This document shows, in pieces, positions 27,204 to 36,332 of a stretch of DNA of 64,000 bases. Under the pieces are notes generated by a model. The model was given only the letters and a program-made list of their open reading frames with translations, did not search any database and was not told where the DNA came from. A program made the position numbers and the translations under genes. Location of the stretch: IMG/VR virus record IMGVR_UViG_3300046092_000062, positions 124,001 to 188,000 of that record. One strand, written 5' to 3'. Position 1 is the stretch's first letter. Every line of letters starts with the position of its first letter.

Positions 27204-28324
27204 CCAAGTTAGGCCATTATAGGGTTGGCAACCTTATAACACATAGCAAAATAGAAGCAATTGAGCTGCACACTAAGACTGGTATTCACCCCCATTGGGA
27301 TTTCAATGAAGCTGCACTTTCGTGTTATAACTGGAAAGTGGAGCCCCAGCAGCATATACTAGAGCTCTACAGAGCCCGTGCCCAACAGCTTCGAGACAAG
27401 TACGATTATATTGTGCTGATGTATAGTGGCGGCGCAGACAGCGAAACTGTGCTGCAAAGTTTTATCGACAACGATATCAAACTAGACGAAATTGCTTCCT
27501 TCAGCAATTATGCTGCCACAGGCGACAAGGACAACAACTTAAACTGCGAACTGTTTAAGGTTAGCGGCCCGCGAGCCAAGCAACTAAAACAAGATTGCCC
27601 ATGGATGCAACATCGAGTTATTGATCTGAGTCAGATGACTGTGGACTACTTTAACCAAGCTGGATTAGACTGGATACAGGACCTTAACATGTTCTTTACT
27701 CCTAACAGTGCAGTCCGAGAAAGCCTAGGACTAAAGATCAAAGAATGGGCTGACATTATTCACAGCGGCAAGAGTTTCTGTTTGCTATGGGGACACGATA
27801 AGCCTAGACTGCTACACATCAACGGCAAGTACTCTATTAGATTTATGGATCTTCTAGATAACGGACCAACAGTTAAGAGCTTTGCAGGGCAATTGCCCTA
27901 CACTGACGAATTGTTTTATTGGACTCCGGACATGCCCGAGATTGTAATCAAGCAAGGGCACCTGCTTAAAAACTATCTAAACAACAATCTAACAACAAGC
28001 CCCTTTATTAGCAATCACAAAAGTGATTTGGCATATAAAGAAGTCAATGGCGTCAAGTACTGGTTAAATAATCACGGGGTACATAGTGTCATATATCCTA
28101 ACTGGAACATAGACACATTTAGTCCCGGTAAGCCGGCTAGCATTATTTTTAGTCCAAGAGATGAGTGGTTCTTTAATTTGAATCAAGAAGATAGTGCAAA
28201 ACGTATATGGAAAACTGGCCTAGACAAAGTGTGGAGTATTATCCCCGATTACTGGAAGAATGATGTTAACAACATCGCAACAGGATTTAAAGCCTGTTGG
28301 AGCAAAGATTACTATTTGGAATAA
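27200..28324 (+). CDS. PP-loop (SGGADS) adenine-nucleotide alpha-hydrolase-like protein
   Basis: YSGGADS motif; G.DKP motif. Confidence 0.6.
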   Translation: MTKLGHYRVGNLITHSKIEAIELHTKTGIHPHWDFNEAALSCYNWKVEPQQHILELYRARAQQLRDKYDYIVLMYSGGADSETVLQSFIDNDIKLDEIASFSNYAATGDKDNNLNCELFKVSGPRAKQLKQDCPWMQHRVIDLSQMTVDYFNQAGLDWIQDLNMFFTPNSAVRESLGLKIKEWADIIHSGKSFCLLWGHDKPRLLHINGKYSIRFMDLLDNGPTVKSFAGQLPYTDELFYWTPDMPEIVIKQGHLLKNYLNNNLTTSPFISNHKSDLAYKEVNGVKYWLNNHGVHSVIYPNWNIDTFSPGKPASIIFSPRDEWFFNLNQEDSAKRIWKTGLDKVWSIIPDYWKNDVNNIATGFKACWSKDYYLE

Positions 28325-28325
28325 C

Positions 28326-28634
28326 ATGCAACTTATTTTTGGAAAAGACGTAGCAGAAAAGCTACAAGAGCGTTATACAGTTCTAGAGCTTGAGACCCTG
28401 GAGGTAGAAGGCAAAATACTCGATGTGTTTTGCGTAGTTCCTGCAGAGAAAATCGCCCTAACTGAAATTACCACAATCGAGCACTCAACTAAGCTACACA
28501 ATGATTTCGTTGCTGCTCTTAAACGTAAAGATTACAAGATTTGTCAAGACCTAAGCGTACACCTTATTGGGCGGTTTGGTGGCGAAGTTGACAGTTTTTA
28601 CGAAGAAATCCTAAAACGTATTAGCAGCATTTAA
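28326..28634 (+). CDS. conserved phage protein
   Basis: YTVLELET, GEVDSFY. Confidence 0.65.
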   Translation: MQLIFGKDVAEKLQERYTVLELETLEVEGKILDVFCVVPAEKIALTEITTIEHSTKLHNDFVAALKRKDYKICQDLSVHLIGRFGGEVDSFYEEILKRISSI

Positions 28635-28702
28635 TCTAGAGCAAACCTCCTGTAAATAAGTTAGGGTAGCCCTCTAACAATAATAATAACAGGAGATGCG
28701 CT

Positions 28703-29485
28703 TTGGATCCATTAACCCTCTTTGCACTTGCTAACGGAGCTGTCTCCGCAGTTAAGGCTGGCTGCAAATTATACAGGGATATTAAGGGTGCCGCAGGTGA
28801 AGTTAAAGACGTACTTAAAGATCTCGACGATCAATTTAAGAAACTTCACCCACCGGAAAAGCCAGCCACAGTTGAGCAGCGTAACCAGTTCATACAAGAA
28901 AAGAACAAAGTAGTTGAGCTAAACAAGAAGGCTAACGAAGGGCAGCATACCGGCATCTATCAAGAAATCGGGGAAAAGCTAGGCGAGTATTATGACAACT
29001 TCTATAAGTGCTTGGCCATTATGGAAGAAGAAGAACGCCGTGCGGAAAACGAAGTATACACAGGCGATGCCAGTCTAGGTAAACGTGCCCTACAACGTGT
29101 TCTAATGCGTAAGCAGCTAGAGCAAATGAGTGTAGACCTACGTGAGCTTATGGTATATCAAAGCCCACCTGAGCTAGGTGCGTTATACACCGAAGTAGAA
29201 GCTATGATGAAGCACATGGGTCAAACCCAACGTGTGCTTATTGCTCGTAAGATGCGCAACGAAGAGCTTGCAGCAAAACGTAAAAAACAACTAATGGACA
29301 AATACTTCATTGAAGGAGTTGGCGCCATTGGTATGATTCTCGGCATAGGATTTAGCATTGTGCTAATGATGTATGTCGTAGAAGACCGAATTCAAAAATA
29401 TCCACAGTACGGCACCGAATGGGTACCAAAAACGGAAGAACAACGTCGATTAGAAATGTCACCTAAAAAGTACATTGGACGATAA
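28703..29485 (+). CDS. late coiled-coil protein with C-terminal TM
   Basis: MDPLTL N-terminus (TTG start, AGGAG RBS); TAAATA at 28653. Confidence 0.7.
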   Translation: MDPLTLFALANGAVSAVKAGCKLYRDIKGAAGEVKDVLKDLDDQFKKLHPPEKPATVEQRNQFIQEKNKVVELNKKANEGQHTGIYQEIGEKLGEYYDNFYKCLAIMEEEERRAENEVYTGDASLGKRALQRVLMRKQLEQMSVDLRELMVYQSPPELGALYTEVEAMMKHMGQTQRVLIARKMRNEELAAKRKKQLMDKYFIEGVGAIGMILGIGFSIVLMMYVVEDRIQKYPQYGTEWVPKTEEQRRLEMSPKKYIGR

Positions 29486-29487
29486 TT

Positions 29488-29640
29488 GTGAAAAAGAAAA
29501 AACAAAGTATTCTAGCATGGTTGCTGGAACAAGGGGTAGGGTCAGCGTATACTGTTCTACTTGCGCTATCAGTTGGCTTAACTAAATGGGCCATAATTGG
29601 GATTCTATTTTTCATTGCGTGGTGGGAGCGAGTACGATAA
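29488..29640 (+). CDS. small membrane peptide (50 aa)
   Basis: GTG start; KKKKQSILAWLL...WAIIGILFFIAWW. Confidence 0.5.
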   Translation: MKKKKQSILAWLLEQGVGSAYTVLLALSVGLTKWAIIGILFFIAWWERVR

Positions 29641-29648
29641 GTATTTGC

Positions 29649-29963
29649 ATGTCTAAATACCTTATTGCTCTCTGTCTTGCTCTAGCATGTGCTGCATCGT
29701 ATGCACAAAAACCAGTGGAAACAAACAAGAAGATTGTGTGCTTTCCTGTTAAAGTCCTAATGAAGGATCTTAAAGACAAGTACGGCGAAGAACCAATGGT
29801 AATGGGCACAACTTCAAATATGAGCGACGTTGCAATGGCGTTGTACCTTAATAAAGAAACCGGCTCATTCACTATTATTGAGTTTGACAGCGAAGCAGCT
29901 TGCGTTATTAGCATCGGTAAAGATGTGCGTTACCGTTTTCCCAAGACCGGAACGATGCTATAA
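29649..29963 (+). CDS. secreted hypothetical protein
   Basis: Signal peptide; C...YGEEP...N.ETGSFTIIE...AC..G. Confidence 0.7.
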   Translation: MSKYLIALCLALACAASYAQKPVETNKKIVCFPVKVLMKDLKDKYGEEPMVMGTTSNMSDVAMALYLNKETGSFTIIEFDSEAACVISIGKDVRYRFPKTGTML

Positions 29964-29970
29964 ATACTAG

Positions 29971-30510
29971 ATGCGTATTACAGAAGTTAGCCTGCCTAAA
30001 AATCTATGGGAATTAGTTGTATCCAATGCCGATAAGCAAGAGCTTGGGGACAATTTAATTGATCTAGTTAACAACGCCTACGGTTCTACTGCACACGGCA
30101 GTTTCGTTACTAGCATTAGAGATGTTATTCCAAGCGACTGGAACGTCATTGACTGGGATGAAGATCCTGAAGTTGATGCGTGTGTATTTTATCGTGGACC
30201 TAGGGCAAACGAGCAATGGGTTGGGTATAAGATCCAAGGCATCGGGCACGATGGGCAAAAACAAAGCAAAGACCGTGTGATAAACAAAGTGACTCAGTTG
30301 CTTAACAAGCCAGGTTTCTGGATTGAAAGTAGTGATGCTATGCGAGCAACCCTAAAGCGTTTACCAGTACCAATGGTAGACAGCGAACACTTGCTGAAGT
30401 TCTTATTCAATGATCCGCATCTAAAGATGGTTGACCATGGAACCTACCAACGCAAGCTACAAAGCGGCATGGCAATTGAAACAGTATTCGGAAATCCACG
30501 AATAACCTAA
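29971..30510 (+). CDS. late protein with MRITE leader (possibly GNAT-like)
   Basis: TATAAATA at 29959-66 just before ATG. Confidence 0.65.
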   Translation: MRITEVSLPKNLWELVVSNADKQELGDNLIDLVNNAYGSTAHGSFVTSIRDVIPSDWNVIDWDEDPEVDACVFYRGPRANEQWVGYKIQGIGHDGQKQSKDRVINKVTQLLNKPGFWIESSDAMRATLKRLPVPMVDSEHLLKFLFNDPHLKMVDHGTYQRKLQSGMAIETVFGNPRIT

Positions 30511-30553
30511 ACACTTTAATATCGTTGGCATCTATGCTAAACTACTTTGACAA

Positions 30554-31309
30554 ATGCGTAGCACTATACTTATTTTGGCATTACTTGCCAGCAGCATTAG
30601 TTGGGCGAAACCTGCCACAACTATCGACGACACTAGCGACCTTACTGCAAAGTCCTGGCTCATTGCAGACGAACAAAACCAAATCCTAGCCAGTAAAGAC
30701 ACTGGTACCATACGCCCAATGGCCAGCATTACCAAGGTAATGACTGTGCTAACAGTGATGGAAGCAAAACAGGATCTAAATCAATCTATAGCCTACAATC
30801 GAACTCTACGCCTAACTAGGCAAGAGCTTATCAATCTTGCAATAGTCAAAAGCGACAACCATGCAGCAGACCTGCTATGCAGACATTACGTGGGCGGGTA
30901 CGGCAATTGCATCAGCGATATGAATGCTAACGCTATGAAGTACGGTATGCGACATACTAACTATGTTGATGCTACTGGATTGCTAGCAGACAATACCAGC
31001 ACCGCAGAAGATTTGTTACTGTTATTGAACGTAGCAGAGAAGAATTATCTTATTGTGGACTCGGCCACCAAGACCAAAGTGGAAATTAAGAACAAGAAGA
31101 AATGGTTGATCTTTAAACAAACCAATCCCTTAATAGGTCACAAGCACAAGTTCATTGTTAGTAAGACTGGTACCACTAACGCAGCAGGTGGTTGTATCAT
31201 TTTAACAGTTGAAACAGAACGCGGCCTGCGCCGCGTTGTTGTGTTGGGTAGTAAGAACGGTAGAACCCGTATACCTGAAGCTGAGTTTATCTACAAGCAA
31301 GTAGACTAG
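30554..31309 (+). CDS. peptidase S11 D-Ala-D-Ala carboxy/endopeptidase (PBP7-like)
   Basis: Signal peptide; SITK, SDN and KTG motifs. Confidence 0.92.
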   Translation: MRSTILILALLASSISWAKPATTIDDTSDLTAKSWLIADEQNQILASKDTGTIRPMASITKVMTVLTVMEAKQDLNQSIAYNRTLRLTRQELINLAIVKSDNHAADLLCRHYVGGYGNCISDMNANAMKYGMRHTNYVDATGLLADNTSTAEDLLLLLNVAEKNYLIVDSATKTKVEIKNKKKWLIFKQTNPLIGHKHKFIVSKTGTTNAAGGCIILTVETERGLRRVVVLGSKNGRTRIPEAEFIYKQVD

Positions 31310-32136
31310 AACCCAAAGTCTGCCACGTTAACTCCGTTCTTTACCACAATCATATTCTTAATGATGTGGTTATTGTTTAAACCGCCAGTTCTTGCACCGA
31401 ATCCAAATAGTGTTCCAGATAGATCTCGTATTACTGTATCCTTATAGTCAATTAATGTAGTACCATCTCGTTTAAGAACAATGCGATTCTGTGATATGTA
31501 AACATCAACTACATGATTTACGTTGTCCGCAATGCCAGTAACGGCCGCAGATGCTAACTGCCCGGTCATATTAGTCCCGGTCCAAGATGCTGATCCTCCG
31601 CCATTATTGCCCCACGATAGTACCGCAGACCCATGGTATTCGCTTAATCCAATAATATAGCCTTTTGTATTTGGACCACCACCTTCTGTTGTTGGCACCT
31701 GATCGCAAAAACAATAAAACCATGTTGCATCAGCACCATTGCCGCCGCCAGCAAGATATGTAAACCTGGCGTGCATAAAGGGCATCTGAGTAAAGTTCCA
31801 GCCCACTGCCCCAGATATACCGTTTATTGCAGTAGTTAACACCATGCCTGTTCCGGCGGTAAACGCAGCAGATCCTGTTTTTGTACCTACAGGATATACC
31901 CCAGGGTTAGTGGATAGTGTTGGATCTGCAACCCCGTCCCAATATGCTAAACACGACCCAAGCAATGCACTATTAAAAGAATTCGGCAACGAATCTAGTT
32001 TAGTCTTGTCAATAGTAGACATTAACCCACTTGAGGTAGTTGTAACGTTTCCCACTTTGATTAGTGTCCCGGCTGCATCTACCCCAAGTGCAGTTAATGC
32101 ACCTGTTCCCGTTGTAATTGGTCCCAAGTATTGCAT
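31306..32136 (-). CDS. fibre-associated protein with L-type (legume) lectin-like domain
   Basis: GLMSTIDKTKLD fibre motif; GADA.WF and GFGARTGG lectin motifs. Confidence 0.65.
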   Translation of the reverse strand: MQYLGPITTGTGALTALGVDAAGTLIKVGNVTTTSSGLMSTIDKTKLDSLPNSFNSALLGSCLAYWDGVADPTLSTNPGVYPVGTKTGSAAFTAGTGMVLTTAINGISGAVGWNFTQMPFMHARFTYLAGGGNGADATWFYCFCDQVPTTEGGGPNTKGYIIGLSEYHGSAVLSWGNNGGGSASWTGTNMTGQLASAAVTGIADNVNHVVDVYISQNRIVLKRDGTTLIDYKDTVIRDLSGTLFGFGARTGGLNNNHIIKNMIVVKNGVNVADFGF

Positions 32137-32145
32137 TGACTATCC

Positions 32146-32934
32146 TTACGCAATAACTACAACCGTAAATGCGCCAGCAGCTGGCGCGGCAGCAAAGGCA
32201 ATATCCACAGTGTTAACGGTTGTTAATTTAGTATCAACCATCACCTGGTCGTACGGAGAAGCAGTACGATATACCGCAACGTCAACTAAACGAGTATTAA
32301 AGTTGTGAGTCACAGTGTATGTCACTGCCGCACCATCGCCGATTACTGCTGACGTCTTGCGGGCACGATTTGCATAGGCTGCTAATGTCGCAGGAGTTAC
32401 TGGTTTATTAGCTACAGTACCAGCATCAACTTCGGCTTGTGTAGCAAGGGCAGTAATACCAGCTGTGGAAGTAGTTGCAGGGGGAGCAACGGTGCCAAAT
32501 GTAACAAACGCAATAGCGTCAGTTCCGATCACAGGTAATACAGTAGATTGGCGGAACGTTGTGCTGCCATTTGTGCCTGATGTTACAGTAACAACAGCTT
32601 CTGACAATTCGCTGCTGGCATTAGCATCTGCTGCACGAGTCATTGCAACAGCAGCGCCATTCCATACATAGATACCGTTCTCTAATGCACTAGTTTGATC
32701 TTTTAACAACACACGATCGTTAACAACCATGGTTACGCCGTCAATTGTTGCTCCTGGACTAGCCACTGAGACGTTAGTACCGGAGCTTGCCACGCGGACG
32801 TTTTCCTTGTGCTTCATTCCCTCAACTGCTGAAGTCAACTGTGCCAACGTAACCGGCGATTGCGCCGCTGTTGCGTTTGGTAAGTTTGTGATTGAGCCTG
32901 TGTTGCTAAAATCTAAATTCGTTAATACTTGCAT
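32146..32934 (-). CDS. tail-fibre/head-decoration-like structural protein
   Basis: DRVLLKDQT..ENGIY, TRAADAN, LATQAEVDAG, THNFNTR. Confidence 0.7.
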   Translation of the reverse strand: MQVLTNLDFSNTGSITNLPNATAAQSPVTLAQLTSAVEGMKHKENVRVASSGTNVSVASPGATIDGVTMVVNDRVLLKDQTSALENGIYVWNGAAVAMTRAADANASSELSEAVVTVTSGTNGSTTFRQSTVLPVIGTDAIAFVTFGTVAPPATTSTAGITALATQAEVDAGTVANKPVTPATLAAYANRARKTSAVIGDGAAVTYTVTHNFNTRLVDVAVYRTASPYDQVMVDTKLTTVNTVDIAFAAAPAAGAFTVVVIA

Positions 32935-32949
32935 TACATTTTCCTTTTA

Positions 32950-33294
32950 TTATAGTAATCTGGCGGTGCCAGTGGTAGGGAATGAAAATTGAATTGTTAA
33001 ATTATTTGGATCTACGTTTCTAACAGAGCCGGTCATTTCTGTACCAGTGCTATCGTAAATCCCGACTATTGGAAAGTATCCTAGACTATGATGTATCTCC
33101 CAGACTGCACTAGGCGTAGTTTGTGTAAACACAAATGCCTGAGATTGATTACTTAATAGACGAGCTATCCCTACTAGGTCGTTGTGTAATTGTGCAAACT
33201 GATCGCTGCTGATTGCTGCAACCGTTCGCATGACTACATTGCCGTTTGTATCAAACTGCAACGAGTTACACATATTTTTTAATTCATTTGACAT
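32950..33294 (-). CDS. small fibre-associated protein
   Basis: WEIHHSLGYFP.V, G.ARL C-terminus. Confidence 0.65.
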   Translation of the reverse strand: MSNELKNMCNSLQFDTNGNVVMRTVAAISSDQFAQLHNDLVGIARLLSNQSQAFVFTQTTPSAVWEIHHSLGYFPIVGIYDSTGTEMTGSVRNVDPNNLTIQFSFPTTGTARLL

Positions 33295-33536
33295 GTTATC
33301 CCTGATGCGTAAAGATAGGTATGCAATAAATTTTATATTGTATACCTACCTAAACTCGGGATAAAGCTCGATCTACCAACGTGGTGTTGAATGAAGTTTA
33401 GTTTTTACGCCGTATTGATCTGATTTAGGCGGTTGCTGTTGCAACACAATTATTTATCTTTAAGAAAAATTGTTTTGCAAATTTCGTTGGTACAGCAAAT
33501 TGTTAAAACTGCTAAAACCTCTATAGCTAACACATT

Positions 33537-33607
33537 TAGCAATTTTTTGCTATGATTTTTCAGGAGATGCCAGCAGTTACTACTGGTAACTAGCAATTTT
33601 TTGCTAT
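33537..33607. repeat. two identical 17-bp near-palindromes TAGCAATTTTTTGCTAT, 54 bp apart
   Basis: Copies at 33537-33553 and 33591-33607. Confidence 0.85.
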
Positions 33608-33730
33608 CGACTACACCGGTTGTCTGTTATATTATACGTAAGTTAACAAAAAGTGATCAACACTTACAGTTAACTATCAAAATCTACATACAATGTAGTT
33701 AACACCAACTAATTACCAACGAAAGAATTT

Positions 33731-33898
33731 ATGAAAGCCTTGGGTATCATATTAACACTACTGTTACTTGATGTCTTTATTCAAGATGTGCTAGAGTACC
33801 CCCGTGACATTCAAGCAGTGATCGAACAAACAGCACTTCAATGTTTAGGGATTGCAGTGTACCATGCTTTTTTTCGTGGAGAGCAAGATGCTGGGTAA
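33731..33898 (+). pseudogene. 55-aa ORF resembling the N-terminal remnant of a SleB-like hydrolase
   Basis: TM then LQCLGIAVYHAFFRGE, versus LECLTRNIYHEAATE in 8353-8928. Confidence 0.4.
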
Positions 33899-34085
33899 AG
33901 TCAAGTGGTTTAGTGCCCAACGAGGGTACGGATTTATCATTGCATACCCATCGTTAGATGAAGTGTTTGTTCATTACACTAACATCATTAGCGATGGATT
34001 TCAAGTACTAACAAAAGACCAGCTAGTGGAATTCACCATTAGTAATGGCAGGGCTGCAAACGTTACTAAGATCAGTTCAGAGTAA
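33888..34085 (+). CDS. csp: cold-shock domain protein
   Basis: GKVKWF, RGYGFI, VFVHY, V.F, AANV. Confidence 0.9.
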   Translation: MLGKVKWFSAQRGYGFIIAYPSLDEVFVHYTNIISDGFQVLTKDQLVEFTISNGRAANVTKISSE

Positions 34086-34476
34086 CTTTTGGTTCTGGGC
34101 CAAGCCAGCGTGTGTCACGCATAACTGTGCGTAACTGAAACTTGTTCTTGCCCATCTTAATAAACGGGATATTCAAATTAGTGTGCGGATCATAGAATAC
34201 TAAGTTAGTACCGTCAGGCTTTGCTCTGAACAAATGCAAGCCTCTATTAATGATTCGACCAAATGTGTCAATTAACATACCAGGCTCGATCCTACTCATA
34301 CCACGTTTAGCCAGTAACTGATCAAAGAAATGGTCTTTAATATCTAATCGTATGCCAATATGATTTGCATAGTCTTGCACAGCCTTAATCGATAGGTACA
34401 ACGAGCGAGTGCGCTCTTCTGTGTAATAGGGATCTTGCGGCCAATCGCTATGCTCAAGTAATTCTTTTATTTTCAT
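34072..34476 (-). CDS. late protein with MKIKE leader, putative RNase-like domain
   Basis: HFFDQ...R...I, D..TNLNIPF, RTVMR. Confidence 0.55.
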   Translation of the reverse strand: MKIKELLEHSDWPQDPYYTEERTRSLYLSIKAVQDYANHIGIRLDIKDHFFDQLLAKRGMSRIEPGMLIDTFGRIINRGLHLFRAKPDGTNLVFYDPHTNLNIPFIKMGKNKFQLRTVMRDTRWLGPEPKVTLN

Positions 34477-35171
34477 ATGGTTCCTAGTACGTCGTGATAC
34501 CAAGGGTCAATGATAACTGGCGTACCATCTGCACGTTGCATAACGTTTTCTGTATGCAAGTCCCATCCCCAACCTTTATGTGCGCCTAGTCTAGCTAGAA
34601 TGACCATAGTAATGTACAGGGCTTCGTAGTAGCTTTGCTTACGATGGTCCATGAACTCGTTATGCACTAGTTCCGGAACATCAGGATCGCCGCCCCAGTA
34701 ACGCCAGAGATCACTTTCAGTCATGAAGTCATCTAATACCTCTTGCCATCTGAGTTGACGGGCAGCACACTCACTCATAATCCAAACAATACCTTGTAGC
34801 GCAGTACCAGCTGGAATAGGTTGCAAGCGTTCCATGGCAATTTGTCTAAACTGTTCGCCGTCGATCTCGAAACGTGTATGGTGTTGCCCTTGAATCTTAA
34901 CAAATCTTGGCAAGAATGGATTTGGCTTGCTAGTGGTTACGTATTGATAAAAGTCCAGGAATGTCTTTTCACCTGTACTTAACTGTCCACTCTCTGGCAT
35001 AAGGATTTTAATCACAGTGTGAGCGTCTTTTGCATAGACTGAAGCGTCTGCGCCTGCGCCCAACTCAGTATATCCCGCAGCCTTCATTACTTGCTCAATC
35101 TTGTCACGGTGATCACTAGTGATTAATTCATCAAGTACTTGGGCTTCTGTTAAAATTTCGTTTATTTTCAT
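34473..35171 (-). CDS. Ser/Thr protein kinase-like protein with MKINE leader
   Basis: LGAGADASVY Gly loop, VIKI, MERL, DLHTENVM catalytic loop, IIDP. Confidence 0.8.
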   Translation of the reverse strand: MKINEILTEAQVLDELITSDHRDKIEQVMKAAGYTELGAGADASVYAKDAHTVIKILMPESGQLSTGEKTFLDFYQYVTTSKPNPFLPRFVKIQGQHHTRFEIDGEQFRQIAMERLQPIPAGTALQGIVWIMSECAARQLRWQEVLDDFMTESDLWRYWGGDPDVPELVHNEFMDHRKQSYYEALYITMVILARLGAHKGWGWDLHTENVMQRADGTPVIIDPWYHDVLGTI

Positions 35172-36325
35172 CGCATGTTCATCGCTACAGTGTACTCTTT
35201 GAAGTTGTGCAAGCGATCTTGCAGTCCTCTGAGCGCAGGGTTAATATATTTAGTGACCGTGGCAGTGTCATTGAAGTTGTGTACGTTAGGTCTAACGCGA
35301 GTTTGCCAATACCACACTGCAATCTTGGCAGCAATTTCTGGGTTAGCAGCAAGCTCTGGCTTTTGCTCTAACGGCAACCCTAACGCTTTTCCTGCCATGC
35401 GATAGTTGTCGCGTCCGGTGATTTGAATAAAGCCACGACCGTGATACCTAACTCCGTCCCCTGCATGTGTATTGCCCAAGGTCTTAGCCATACCCGGTGC
35501 AGCCTTGGGGTCGTAACGCTTGTGGAAGTACTTGGCGCCGCCGATCTCCTTCATTCGTGTAAAATCTGCACTTTCGTGACGTGTTTGTGCCATGAATTGT
35601 GCTAGTTCTGCCCCTTTAATGCCTGCTCTGATAGCAGTACGTTGTAGAGTATGCTCGGGCCCCATATTCATACTCACCCCAAATGTGTCTGGTTGTGCTA
35701 CTTTTGGAGTTGCTACTTTAGGTTGTGCAGCTTTGGCTACATGGTGTGCTGTTGCCTTAGGTTGTGCATGTGGCGCAGATTTAGCATCAGCTGCGCCACC
35801 ACCTAACGCCATGCCCGCAGCAAGTGCGCCAGTAGCAGCCCAGTCTTTCCATCCCTCTTCAAGATCTTGTGCAGAATAAATGGCATCTAGTGCATCGTCT
35901 AGCTGTCGCAACGGAATTCCTGCGTTGTTGTATCCGCGTTCCAATCGAGCAATATACGCATCGTTTGGTTCTGTGCCTTGCATGTACTCACGAGTCTCCG
36001 GAGTCATTGTATAGATCTCTGCTTCGTGGCGCTTTCCATTGGCAAATACTGGAACTGTTTTGCGATCGTATAAACTTGGGTAGCCCTCTGTTTGGTCCAG
36101 TTGAGCAAGTAGCTGTCTATCGATTGCCCACAAGCTACCAATTACTCTAGCTCCGGGATATGGAAATACGTTGGCATAAGTGAACATTTCAAACACAAAG
36201 TTCTTTAGCTCTGCACGACTAACAAATTCTGCACCGGGCATCAGTTCTGGGTCTGTTAACATGCCGTAGGCAAAATAGTATATAGGGGCCGCGCCAGCTT
36301 CGTCTAGTACATCTGTGATTTTCAT
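35168..36325 (-). CDS. gamma-glutamylcyclotransferase (AIG2-like) fused to a GH19 lysozyme/chitinase
   Basis: YFAYG, LDQTEGYP..Y (GGCT); FMAQTRHES, YHGRGFIQITGRDNY (GH19). Confidence 0.85.
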   Translation of the reverse strand: MKITDVLDEAGAAPIYYFAYGMLTDPELMPGAEFVSRAELKNFVFEMFTYANVFPYPGARVIGSLWAIDRQLLAQLDQTEGYPSLYDRKTVPVFANGKRHEAEIYTMTPETREYMQGTEPNDAYIARLERGYNNAGIPLRQLDDALDAIYSAQDLEEGWKDWAATGALAAGMALGGGAADAKSAPHAQPKATAHHVAKAAQPKVATPKVAQPDTFGVSMNMGPEHTLQRTAIRAGIKGAELAQFMAQTRHESADFTRMKEIGGAKYFHKRYDPKAAPGMAKTLGNTHAGDGVRYHGRGFIQITGRDNYRMAGKALGLPLEQKPELAANPEIAAKIAVWYWQTRVRPNVHNFNDTATVTKYINPALRGLQDRLHNFKEYTVAMNMR

Positions 36326-36332
36326 ACTGTAT

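Noticed and set aside
33295-33447. Minus-strand frame from GTG 33447 running into ATG 33294 through two TAG codons (possible suppressor-dependent extension)
   Set aside because: Only about 51 codons, so plausible by chance; the peptide is not protein-like, ATG 33294 has its own AGGGA SD, and the region forms a leader hairpin.
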